A DNA stretch of 64,000 nucleotides from NCBI GenBank assembly GCA_022340775.1, contig JAJDNH010000029.1, positions 1,653 to 65,652 on the forward strand, given 5' to 3'. Positions within the stretch are counted from its first letter, which is position 1. The number at the start of each line of letters is the position of its first letter. Source of the DNA: Acidobacteriota bacterium (GTDB lineage Bacteria; Acidobacteriota; Thermoanaerobaculia; Thermoanaerobaculales; Sulfomarinibacteraceae). Below the pieces are notes generated by a model. It was given only the letters and a program-made list of their open reading frames with translations, searched no databases and was not told the DNA's origin. Positions 6,061 through 14,875 of the stretch are shown here, one piece after another. A program made the position numbers and the translations under genes.

Positions 6061-7997
6061 GCGGCGCGAACAACTCCCGTCTGGTGCTGACCCGCGCCGT
6101 CCTCTGGCTGGTGGTGGGCATCGCCGCCGTGGTGGCCGTGAACCGCTTCGCGCGCGGCCTGGGCGCCACCACCGCCCTCACCGACGCGACGCCGTGGGGC
6201 CTGTGGATCGGCTTTGACGTCCTTGCCGGCGTCGCGCTCGCAGCTGGCGGCTTCGTGATCGCGGCAACCGTCTACATCTTCCACCTCGACCGCTATCACG
6301 CGATCGTACGCCCGGCGGTGCTGACGGCGTTCCTGGGCTACGTCGCGGTCGTGCTCGGGCTGCTGATGGACCTCGGCCGACCGTGGAACATCTGGCGACC
6401 CATGCTCTTCTGGCAGCCTCACTCGCCGCTATTCGAAGTTGCCTGGTGCGTGATGCTCTACCTGACCGTGCTGGCCCTGGAGTTCGCGCCGGTGGTGTTC
6501 GAGGGGCTACGGCTCGAGCGCCCTCTTCGCATCATGCGGCGGCTCACGCTGCTCCTGGTGATCGCCGGCATCGGCCTCTCCACCCTCCATCAGTCCTCCC
6601 TCGGCACCCTGTTCCTGCTCGCCCGCGACCGGCTCCACCCGCTCTGGTATTCGCCGATCCTGCCGCTTCTCTTTCTGGTCTCGGCAGTGGCCCTCGGTCT
6701 GATGATGGTGACCTGTGAGAGCCTGGCCAGCTCCTGGCTGTTCCGGCACCGGCCCGAGTGGCCACTGCTTGGCGGCCTCACGCGGGCAGCGGCCGTCGTC
6801 TCCCTGCTCTACCTCGCCCTCCGCCTCGGCGATCTCGCTTGGCGCCACCAGCTCGTCTACCTGCTCGAGGGCTCGTGGGCGTCGGTGCTGTTCGTCTTCG
6901 AGATCGGCATCAGCGCGGTCGTTCCCGCCCTTCTCTTCCTGCTTCCGTCGACCCGCACGAGCCACGCCGGCGTCGCGACCGGCGCCGTGCTCGGGGTCGG
7001 CGGCTTCGTCCTCTACCGGGCCGACGTCGGCGGAATCGCCCACCTCGCGGTCGGCGGCCACCACTACGTCCCCGCCCTCACCGAGATCGTGGTCAGCGCC
7101 GGCGTGGTGTCGGCGATGGCGTTGGTGTTCCTCTTCCTGGTCGAGCGGTTTCCGGTGTGGGAGGAGCGCCCGCAGGTCCCGGGCCACTTTACGGCGCCGA
7201 TGCGGGATCGCGTGACCGGCACCTTCTTCGGCGGGCCGTGGTTCTCGCGCGCTCACCTGGGGGCGGCCGGGCTCGCGCTGGGCATGGTGCTCGGCGTGGC
7301 GCTGGTTGAGGCCGACGCCCCAACGTCGGCGGCTGCCCGGTTGCGGCCGGTGCCCGCCGCCCGTACGGCGCTGATCCGTGAGGTCAAGCGCAACCCCAGT
7401 CCCGGTCATCGCTTGGAAGTCCTATCACCCGAGCAGGTCACCCAGGACCCGGACGGCATCGAGGCCGCGCTCCTGGTCGGCGGCGGGAGGAACGGGCGCG
7501 TCGTCCTCTTCCCGCACCAGGCCCACCAGCAGCGGCTGGGCGGCCCGGCCTCGTGCGGGAAATGCCACCACCGCAACCTCCGTCACGACCGCGGGACGCC
7601 GTGTACCGCCTGCCATCGCGACATGTATGCCGCCACCGACACCTTCGCCCACCAGCCGCACGTCGAGGGGCTCGGTGGCAACGCTTCCTGCACGAAATGC
7701 CACCAGGCCGGGACAGCACCGGCTCGGGCCTCCGCCCGCGCCTGCGACGCTCCGGCCTGCCACGGTGGTGACGTCAGCACGGCCGCCGTGGCCATCAACC
7801 GCTCCAAGCTGCCGGCGGGGTACGCCCCCGGATACCGCCGCGCCATGCACACGTTGTGCATCGGCTGCCACACCCGTCACGAACAGAAGACCAAGGTCAC
7901 CACGCCCTACCTCAGCCGCTGCACCACCTGCCACCGCGATCGAGCGGTCGAACCCGAGCCGGCCACCGTTGTTGTGGCCCGGCTGGAGGCACCATGA
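6057..7997 (+). CDS. NrfD/HybB/DsrP-like polytopic quinone-interacting membrane subunit fused to a C-terminal hexahaem cytochrome c domain
   Basis: GTGA overlap with the upstream stop. About 10 NrfD-type helices plus an 11th helix (GAAGLALGMVLGVALV). Haem-binding motifs follow: CGKCH, CTACH, CTKCH, CDAPACH (CX4CH), CIGCH and CTTCH. Confidence 0.8.
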   Translation: MSGANNSRLVLTRAVLWLVVGIAAVVAVNRFARGLGATTALTDATPWGLWIGFDVLAGVALAAGGFVIAATVYIFHLDRYHAIVRPAVLTAFLGYVAVVLGLLMDLGRPWNIWRPMLFWQPHSPLFEVAWCVMLYLTVLALEFAPVVFEGLRLERPLRIMRRLTLLLVIAGIGLSTLHQSSLGTLFLLARDRLHPLWYSPILPLLFLVSAVALGLMMVTCESLASSWLFRHRPEWPLLGGLTRAAAVVSLLYLALRLGDLAWRHQLVYLLEGSWASVLFVFEIGISAVVPALLFLLPSTRTSHAGVATGAVLGVGGFVLYRADVGGIAHLAVGGHHYVPALTEIVVSAGVVSAMALVFLFLVERFPVWEERPQVPGHFTAPMRDRVTGTFFGGPWFSRAHLGAAGLALGMVLGVALVEADAPTSAAARLRPVPAARTALIREVKRNPSPGHRLEVLSPEQVTQDPDGIEAALLVGGGRNGRVVLFPHQAHQQRLGGPASCGKCHHRNLRHDRGTPCTACHRDMYAATDTFAHQPHVEGLGGNASCTKCHQAGTAPARASARACDAPACHGGDVSTAAVAINRSKLPAGYAPGYRRAMHTLCIGCHTRHEQKTKVTTPYLSRCTTCHRDRAVEPEPATVVVARLEAP

Positions 7998-8416
7998 GCG
8001 AGCCACAACCCGCGCGTGCCCCGGTGATCGCCATCATCGACGACGAGCAGGACATCATCACCTACCTGCGCGTCGCGCTCGAGGATCACGGCTTCCGTGT
8101 CGTGGCCACGACCGACCCCGCGAGCGCCCCGGCTCTGCTCGAGCAGGCCTGCCCCGATTTGATCTGCCTTGACATCCTGATGCCCGAGCACACCGGCCTC
8201 GCCCTCTACGCCGAGATCATGGGAAGCCCGCGTCTGGCGTCGGTGCCGGTCGTGATCCTGAGCGGCCTCAACGCCAACGACGAGCTCCTCAACCAGGTTT
8301 GGAACACCAACAACCTGCCGGCGCCGGCGAGCTTCATCGAGAAGCCCGTGGACATCGAGCACCTGCTTCGAACCCTCCGCGCCGTGCTGGGTCAGCAGGT
8401 GGGGGTGGCGCCATGA
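7994..8416 (+). CDS. single-domain response regulator (receiver only)
   Basis: Receiver residues IIDDE, LICLDILMP, VVILSG and FIEKP. ATGA overlaps on both sides. Confidence 0.85.
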   Translation: MSEPQPARAPVIAIIDDEQDIITYLRVALEDHGFRVVATTDPASAPALLEQACPDLICLDILMPEHTGLALYAEIMGSPRLASVPVVILSGLNANDELLNQVWNTNNLPAPASFIEKPVDIEHLLRTLRAVLGQQVGVAP

Positions 8417-10218
8417 CCGCCGTCGCGTGGCATCCCGAGTGGCGGGCCGAGCTGGTCGACCAGTTCCTCGCCGGCGTCATGGTCCTCGACCGCAGCCTGG
8501 CCATCGCCGACCATAACCGCGCCTTCACCGAGATGTTCGGTGAGGCGCGCGGGAACAAGTGCTACAAGGTGCTCAAGGGCCGGTCAGAGCCGTGCGGCAT
8601 CTGCGCCGCAATGAGCACCTTCAACGATGGCCGCCGCAGGGTGTTGGAGCAGGTGGGGCAGGACAGGGAGGGGCGCCCCGTCAACTACCTGGTGCAGGTC
8701 GGGCCGCTGCGCGACCCCGCCGGGGACATCGCCTTCACCGCTGTCATCACCACCGACCTCACCGCCACCAAGCGGCTGCAGCGCGAGTACCAGGCTCTGT
8801 TCGAGAAGGTCCCCTGCTACGTCGCGGTGCTCAACCGGGACTTCCGAGTGGTCAAGGCCAACGAGCAGTTTCGGCGCACGTTCGGGGAGCCGACCGGCGA
8901 GCACTGCCACGAGATGTTCAAGAAAAGCCCCGAACGGTGCGCGGGGTGTCTGGTCGAGCAGACGTTCCGCGACGGCGAACCCCATACGGCCCCTCACACG
9001 GGCATCGCCTGTGACGGCGAAACCACCCACTACCTCGCTTTCACCACACCTCTGCTCAACGAGAGCGGCGAGGTGAGGCACGTCATCCACATGTCGCTCG
9101 ACGTCACCGAAGTCAGGGCCCTGGCCGACGAGTTGGGACGCGCCAACGAGATCCGCCGGGCGCTTGTCGAGAGCTCGCTGGACGCCATCGCCGTCACCGA
9201 CGAGCACCGTCGCGTGGTGATGCTCAACCGGGCGGCCGAGCAGCTGTGGGGAGTCTCCCGCGACGATCTCGTGGGCCGGACGGTACCCCGCTGGATGCTG
9301 CCGGCCGAGTTGGCCCCGGTGCTGAAGAACGAGGCCGAGCAGGAGCTGGTCCACGACGCTCGAGTCTCGACCGCCTCCGGCGTCCAGGTCCCGGCGCGGA
9401 TCGGCGCCGTCTCGCTCTCGGTCGAGAACCGCTTCTCGGGCGCCGCGGTGTTCGCGCAGGACCTTCGCGAGCTGAAGAAGCTCGAGCGGGAGAAGCTGGA
9501 GGCGGAGAGGTTGGCTGCGGTGGGTCAGACCGTGGCCGGCCTTGCCCACGGCATCAAGAACATCCTCACCGGGCTCGAGGGCGGCATGTACGTGACCTCG
9601 TCCGGGCTCAAGCGCGGTGACCAGGGACGCATCCGCCAGGGCTGGGAGATGCTCGAACGCAACATGTCACGGGTCTCCGACCTGGCGAAGAACCTGCTCG
9701 CATTCTCGCGTGGGGATCACCCGGAACCCGAGCTGGTGCGGCCGGCCGACATCGTCCACGACGTGGTGACGCTCTTTCGTGACGGCGCAGCCCAGCACGG
9801 GATTGAGCTGGAGGGAGTCGTCGACGACTCCGTCGAGCCGGCCTGGATGGATCCAGAGGCCATCCACAGCTGTCTCGCCAACCTGGTCTCCAACGCCATC
9901 GACGCCTGCCTGGTGAGCCAGGACCCTGGATGCCGGGTCGAGCTCCACCTCCGCGAGGCCGACGCCGCCATCATCTTCGAGGTGGTGGACAGCGGCTGCG
10001 GCATGGACTACGAGGTCAAGCAAAAAGCGTTTACCAGCTTCTTCACCACCAAGGGCAAGGGCGGAACGGGCCTCGGCCTGCTCCTCACCCGTAAGATAGT
10101 CCAGGAGCACGGCGGTTCGATCACCCTGGAAAGCACACCGGGCCAGGGCAGCACCTTCCGCCTGCGCTTCCCGCGGGCGCGGCTGCCGGAGCCACAGGGC
10201 AAGGAGTCGACTTCATGA
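8413..10218 (+). CDS. soluble multi-PAS sensor histidine kinase
   Basis: No TM segment. PAS-like repeats are present and the first two carry C-X10-C-X2-C motifs. H-box LAHGIKN. ATPase boxes NLVSNAIDA, DSGCGM and GGTGLGL. Confidence 0.9.
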   Translation: MTAVAWHPEWRAELVDQFLAGVMVLDRSLAIADHNRAFTEMFGEARGNKCYKVLKGRSEPCGICAAMSTFNDGRRRVLEQVGQDREGRPVNYLVQVGPLRDPAGDIAFTAVITTDLTATKRLQREYQALFEKVPCYVAVLNRDFRVVKANEQFRRTFGEPTGEHCHEMFKKSPERCAGCLVEQTFRDGEPHTAPHTGIACDGETTHYLAFTTPLLNESGEVRHVIHMSLDVTEVRALADELGRANEIRRALVESSLDAIAVTDEHRRVVMLNRAAEQLWGVSRDDLVGRTVPRWMLPAELAPVLKNEAEQELVHDARVSTASGVQVPARIGAVSLSVENRFSGAAVFAQDLRELKKLEREKLEAERLAAVGQTVAGLAHGIKNILTGLEGGMYVTSSGLKRGDQGRIRQGWEMLERNMSRVSDLAKNLLAFSRGDHPEPELVRPADIVHDVVTLFRDGAAQHGIELEGVVDDSVEPAWMDPEAIHSCLANLVSNAIDACLVSQDPGCRVELHLREADAAIIFEVVDSGCGMDYEVKQKAFTSFFTTKGKGGTGLGLLLTRKIVQEHGGSITLESTPGQGSTFRLRFPRARLPEPQGKESTS

Positions 10219-10805
10219 GACCAGACACGGACACTCCGCCTCACCAGACCGCAGAGACCGGTACCGGAGGGCAACGATCCTTGAGCGACCTCTCGATCCT
10301 GGTCGTCGACGACGAGCCGGATGTTGCGGTGTACCTCGCATCAGTGCTCGAGGACGCGGGTTTTGCAGTGCTCACGGCAGGCGACGGCGAAGAAGCGATG
10401 CGGCTGATTCGCAGCCGGCGGCCCGCCTTGATCTCGCTCGACCTGGTGATGCCGGGCAAGTCAGGGATCCGCCTCCTCGCCGAGCTGCGTCGCGACCGGG
10501 AGCTCAGGCGCATTCCGGTGGTGATCGTGTCCGGCCACGCCCACGATGCAGGTGTGCGCCGCGACCTCGACGAGGTGCTGGCTGACAGCTCCATGGTCGG
10601 ACCCTCGCTGTGTCTGGACAAGCCGATTACTCCTGAAAAGTACGTGCGCCACGTATGTGAGCTGCTCGGAGTGGAAGCACCCGACGAAGCTGAGCGGACC
10701 GACCCGACCGATGAGCTGCGCCGCGACGCCGTGGACCTTCTGGGCACTGCCGACCAGGACACCCTGGAGGCCGTGCTCGCGGAGCTGCGAAGGAGGAACC
10801 GATGA
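10215..10805 (+). CDS. single-domain response regulator with N-terminal extension
   Basis: Receiver residues VVDDEPD, LISLDLVMPGKSG, VVIVSG and CLDKP. ATGA overlaps with both neighbours. Confidence 0.85.
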   Translation: MRPDTDTPPHQTAETGTGGQRSLSDLSILVVDDEPDVAVYLASVLEDAGFAVLTAGDGEEAMRLIRSRRPALISLDLVMPGKSGIRLLAELRRDRELRRIPVVIVSGHAHDAGVRRDLDEVLADSSMVGPSLCLDKPITPEKYVRHVCELLGVEAPDEAERTDPTDELRRDAVDLLGTADQDTLEAVLAELRRRNR

Positions 10806-11209
10806 CACGCGAGTCCTCACCCCGCCGCATTCTGATCATCGACGACGACCCCGATGTGGTCACGTACCTGGAAACCGTCTTCCGCGACAACGGGTACGAG
10901 CCCTTGTGCGCGACCGACGGCGATGCCGGCCTCGAGCTGGCACGCGCCCAGCTTCCCGACCTCATCTGCCTGGACATCTCGATGCCGGCCCCGAGCGGCG
11001 TCCGGGTCTACCGCGAGCTCCGCGGAGATCCCAAGCTGTCGGGTATCCCGGTCGTGATGGTCACCGGCGTCCTACGGCAGTTCGAGGAGTTCATCGGCAG
11101 GCGCCGTCAGGTCCCACCCCCGGACGGCTACATCGCCAAGCCGTTCCAGGTCGAGGAGCTGCTGAGCGTCGTGCGCCGCCTCCTCCGGACGCCGGCCGCA
11201 ACAAGCTAG
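10802..11209 (+). CDS. single-domain response regulator
   Basis: Receiver residues IIDDDPD, LICLDISMPAPSG, VVMVTG and YIAKP. ATGA overlap with the upstream gene. Confidence 0.85.
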   Translation: MTRESSPRRILIIDDDPDVVTYLETVFRDNGYEPLCATDGDAGLELARAQLPDLICLDISMPAPSGVRVYRELRGDPKLSGIPVVMVTGVLRQFEEFIGRRRQVPPPDGYIAKPFQVEELLSVVRRLLRTPAATS

Positions 11210-11451
11210 TCATTCGCCGGGAAGGACGACTGTCGCGGTTGGGTCGGACGCTCCCGCGCGGTCGTCGTGTGCTTGGTGTGTACCATTCTGATACGTGTGA
11301 CTCCAGTCACCTGCCCTTCACTTGACCGTGACGCCCCACATCAGCTACATTTGAAGTTGAACCGGCAACTTAGGCTCAACGCTCCGCCTGGACGGCGGGC
11401 ACTGTGTGCGAGGTCGAGAGGTCTCGCAGCCGCACCTTCCTCGGAGGCAGC

Positions 11452-12672
11452 ATGGACGGCCGTGGCCGTGCACCAGAGCGCTTGAACTCGCCGCAACCGC
11501 GGCTGGGCTCGGTCGACGTCATCCCACATCTTTACGACGCCGCAGTCCAGCCGTCCGCCTGGGCCGGGGCGCTCGAGGCTGCTGCCGAGCTCCTTCAGGC
11601 TGCCGCAGTCATCCTCGAGTGCGGCCCACCGTGCGCAGGCCTGATCCACATCATCGCCTCATCGGGGCTCTCTGCAGAGCTCGTCACAGCCTACAACCGG
11701 AACCACATCGGTAATGATGAGCTGCTGCAGGAGGCTCTGGCACGTCCGGCGGGGATGCTGATCTCCAGCCGCCTGGCCCTATCCGATGCGGCCCTCGAAC
11801 GGTCCTCGCTGTTTCGCAACCTGCTGCGGCCGGCTGGTCTTCTGGAGATGGCGGGGACTGCCTTCGTCAAGGAGGCAGACCTGTTTGCGGGCGTGTGGAT
11901 CGCCCGCGGCGCCGGATCCCCGACCTTCTCCGAAACCGAGTATCAGCTCCTGCGCGAGCTCCTCCCGCACATGGAACGCGTCGTCACGGTCCGAAACCGG
12001 GTCGCTCAGGCGGAGCAGATGGCAGAGCTCACGGCCGGCGCCTTCGACCGCGTCGCCATGGGCGTCGTGCTGATGGATGGGCTCGGCCGGCCGCTGCTGA
12101 CCAACCGCGAGGCTCGCAACATCGGCAACGAGGGCGACGGATTCACCATCCTGCCGGATGGGCCGGCCGCCGCCAGGCACGACGACACCAGAATGCTCCG
12201 CGCCGCCATTCGGAAGGCCGGAGGCGCAGACCGCTCGACCTCCGGCCCGGCCGGGAAGGCCCTGCGGCTCGCCAGACCCTCTGGCCGCTCCGAGTACCAG
12301 GTCGTGGTGCTGCCTCTGCCCCAACGATGCCAGCCGGCCGACGCCAGCGGCGTGGTCGCGGTGCTGTTCGTCACCGACCCCGAGAGATCCCACAGCCCGA
12401 TCGACCATCTGGTAGCTGACCTGTTCGGGCTCACCGAGGCCGAGGTTCGCCTCGTCATGCAGCTGCTGGGGGGCAGCACTCTCACCGACGCAGCAGAGAC
12501 CCTCGGGTTGTCACGGAACACGGTTCACTCGCAGCTCGCCAGCGTCTTCCGCAAGACCGGCACCAGCAGGCAGAGCGACCTCGTGAGGGTGGTGCTGCGG
12601 GCACTGGCGCCGGTTCGGGGCCCCGACGACTCCTCGGGGTTCTACATCGTTCCAGACGACGGACGTTGGTGA
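11452..12672 (+). CDS. LuxR-family transcriptional regulator (C-terminal HTH)
   Basis: C-terminal segment LTEAEVRLVMQLLGGSTLTDAAETLGLSRNTVHSQLASVFRKTG. The N-terminal region IPHLYDAAVQPSAWAGAL is typical of orphan LuxR-type regulators. The start is uncertain: ATG at 11452 after GGAGG, or GTG at 11404. Confidence 0.75.
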   Translation: MDGRGRAPERLNSPQPRLGSVDVIPHLYDAAVQPSAWAGALEAAAELLQAAAVILECGPPCAGLIHIIASSGLSAELVTAYNRNHIGNDELLQEALARPAGMLISSRLALSDAALERSSLFRNLLRPAGLLEMAGTAFVKEADLFAGVWIARGAGSPTFSETEYQLLRELLPHMERVVTVRNRVAQAEQMAELTAGAFDRVAMGVVLMDGLGRPLLTNREARNIGNEGDGFTILPDGPAAARHDDTRMLRAAIRKAGGADRSTSGPAGKALRLARPSGRSEYQVVVLPLPQRCQPADASGVVAVLFVTDPERSHSPIDHLVADLFGLTEAEVRLVMQLLGGSTLTDAAETLGLSRNTVHSQLASVFRKTGTSRQSDLVRVVLRALAPVRGPDDSSGFYIVPDDGRW

Positions 12673-12740
12673 GAGCGCGCCCGGCCGGAGACCCACCTTC
12701 CGACCACGAGCCTGGCCCGTGACAGCGCAATGGACGACCC

Positions 12741-13253
12741 TCATTCGCCAACCCGCACCCGCGGGCCCTCGTCCGTGTCTTCGGGATCGTCCTGCTCCCA
12801 GGCGGATCTCCCGGCCACCATGATGTTGCGGATCGTGCCCGCGGGTGAGCGGGCCTTGATCCTCCAGGCCAAACGGTCAGGGAAACGGTCATACGTCAGC
12901 ACCGGCTTGCCGAGGTCCTCGTTGGGCATCGCAAACTCGGCCGCCCGCCGCAGCACCCTGTCCGGATCCAGCCAGTCCGCAGCATCCGGTACACCTTCGA
13001 AGCTGTCCGACCTGCGCCGAAACGAAACCTGGCGAATCAACAGCAGATTACAGTCCAGCTGCAGGTACCCAACCATATGATGCTTGATCGTCACCGGAAC
13101 CAGCCACGAATGAGGACCGCCCCGCGGCTGGCTGACCATCAGGGGCGTGCCCACGACACCCCGCTGGCGCATCAGCTCCTCTCCCAGCTGGCCGGCGGCC
13201 ATCATTCCCCGGACGCGTCGAAGAACGTCCTTGGGCGACCGCTTCTCGGTCAT
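12741..13253 (-). CDS. hypothetical protein
   Basis: A 170-aa ORF starting MTEKRSPKDV with balanced composition and slightly lower local GC. No motif recognised. Confidence 0.35.
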   Translation of the reverse strand: MTEKRSPKDVLRRVRGMMAAGQLGEELMRQRGVVGTPLMVSQPRGGPHSWLVPVTIKHHMVGYLQLDCNLLLIRQVSFRRRSDSFEGVPDAADWLDPDRVLRRAAEFAMPNEDLGKPVLTYDRFPDRLAWRIKARSPAGTIRNIMVAGRSAWEQDDPEDTDEGPRVRVGE

Positions 13254-13520
13254 GACTCGGCCAGGCTCGGATGCATGCGTTCGTCTCCACAGGCCGGCGC
13301 GGTACACGTGGTTGCGGCCGGGGAGTAGCGTCTCTGTACAAGCACCCGGCCCACCGGCTGATACCGGCATTAATGGCGCGGGCGACAGGCGTCGTCATCA
13401 CCCAAATGGGCTAACGAAATGAACAGCTCCCCGAATCGCTTGTATCTACCGGACCGCGACATCCGCGCCGTAGCGAACCGGCGCAGACGCTGCGCGGCCT
13501 GGCCACGAAAGGAGAGCTGA

Positions 13521-14507
13521 ATGCACGCACGCGAACTGGGAAAGGACGGCCTGACCGTGTCCGCGATCGGTCTGGGGTGCATGGGGATGTCCGAGTTCTA
13601 CGGACCGAGCGAGGAGGAGCAGTCCATCGAGGTTCTGCACCACGCCCTGGGCGCCGGCATCAACTTCTGGGACACCGCGGACATGTACGGGCAGGGTAAG
13701 AACGAGCATCTCGTGGGAAGGGCGCTGCGCGGCCACCGGGACGAGGTCGTCCTGGCAACGAAGTTCGGGATCGTGCGGGGCGAGGACGCGAGCTTCCGCG
13801 GAGTGTGCGGCACTCCCGAGTACGTCAAGCAGGCCTGCGACGCCAGCCTGAAGCGCCTCGGCATCGACCACATCGACCTGTACTACCAGCATCGCGTCGA
13901 CCCGCAGGTGCCGATCGAGGACACCGTCGGTACGATGTCCGATCTGGTTGCGGCTGGCAAGGTTCTCCACCTCGGCCTCTCGGAAGCCTCCGCGCCAACC
14001 CTCCGCAGGGCGGCCGCGGTCCATCCGATCACGGCGCTCCAGTCCGAGTACTCGCTATGGAGCCGCGATCCGGAGGACCAGGTACTGCCCGCCTGCCGAG
14101 AGCTCGGCATCAGCCTGGTGGCCTACAGCCCCCTCGGCCGCGGGTTCCTGAGCGGCGCCATCCAGAGCATCGACGATCTGGCCCCGGACGACTACCGCCG
14201 CTTCAGCCCGCGCTTCCAGGGAGAAAACTTCGAGAAGAACCTCGAGCTGGTGAGACGGATCGAGGAGCTTGCCGCCGTCAAGGGCTGCACTCCGGCCCAG
14301 CTGGCGCTCGCGTGGCTGATGGCACAGGGACCGGAGGTGGTGCCGATCCCGGGGACCCGACGCATCGAGCGTCTGGAGGAGAACGCCGCGGCGACCGAGA
14401 TCGAGCTGTCGGCCGAAGAGCTCGCCCGTATCGATGAGGTGGTGCCCCGGGACCTGGTGGTCGGTGCACGCTACCCCGAGGCGGCGATGTCGTTCATCGA
14501 CGGCTAA
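13521..14507 (+). CDS. aldo/keto reductase
   Basis: Family motifs [29 protein letters not shown] and [10 protein letters not shown]. Confidence 0.9.
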   Translation: MHARELGKDGLTVSAIGLGCMGMSEFYGPSEEEQSIEVLHHALGAGINFWDTADMYGQGKNEHLVGRALRGHRDEVVLATKFGIVRGEDASFRGVCGTPEYVKQACDASLKRLGIDHIDLYYQHRVDPQVPIEDTVGTMSDLVAAGKVLHLGLSEASAPTLRRAAAVHPITALQSEYSLWSRDPEDQVLPACRELGISLVAYSPLGRGFLSGAIQSIDDLAPDDYRRFSPRFQGENFEKNLELVRRIEELAAVKGCTPAQLALAWLMAQGPEVVPIPGTRRIERLEENAAATEIELSAEELARIDEVVPRDLVVGARYPEAAMSFIDG

Positions 14508-14875
14508 CTCGCTGTCTGTCGCGACCGACAGCGGTGGCAGCCGCCGCCCCATCCCCCGCGCCCGGCCGGCTCTCCCGTGCCAGTGGAGCAACAACCGAGC
14601 CCGGCCGCGCTATGATCCAATCCAGCACGCGGCGGCCGGTGCGGTGAGGCCCGTCTATGGCTGTAACCGGCAAACCCGGCCTTCGTAAGAAACTGGGGAC
14701 CGAGACGCGCCCGACGCGCCAGCCGGCGGCGGGCCCCCGCCACGGTTCAGCAACCACAAGAACGCGTCAGTCCAGGCGCCTTGCCAGGTGACCGCGCCGA
14801 CCTTTGGCCGGGAGCGTTCCGAAGGCTGCAAAGGCGCCTGCGGCGGATAGCGCACGAGCTGGGAGGATTGGAGTC

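Noticed and set aside
11297-11351. The palindrome GTGACT-CC-AGTCAC and TTGACC-N18-TACATT upstream of the LuxR gene, considered as operator plus promoter.
   Set aside because: The match to consensus is weak, the spacer is 18 nt and nothing corroborates it. It is left as a note only.
14503-14528. The GC-rich hairpin CGCTGTCTGTCG/CGACCGACAGCG overlapping the stop codon of the aldo/keto reductase gene, considered as a terminator.
   Set aside because: It is a near-palindrome with no loop and no U-tract. That is not enough to call an intrinsic terminator.
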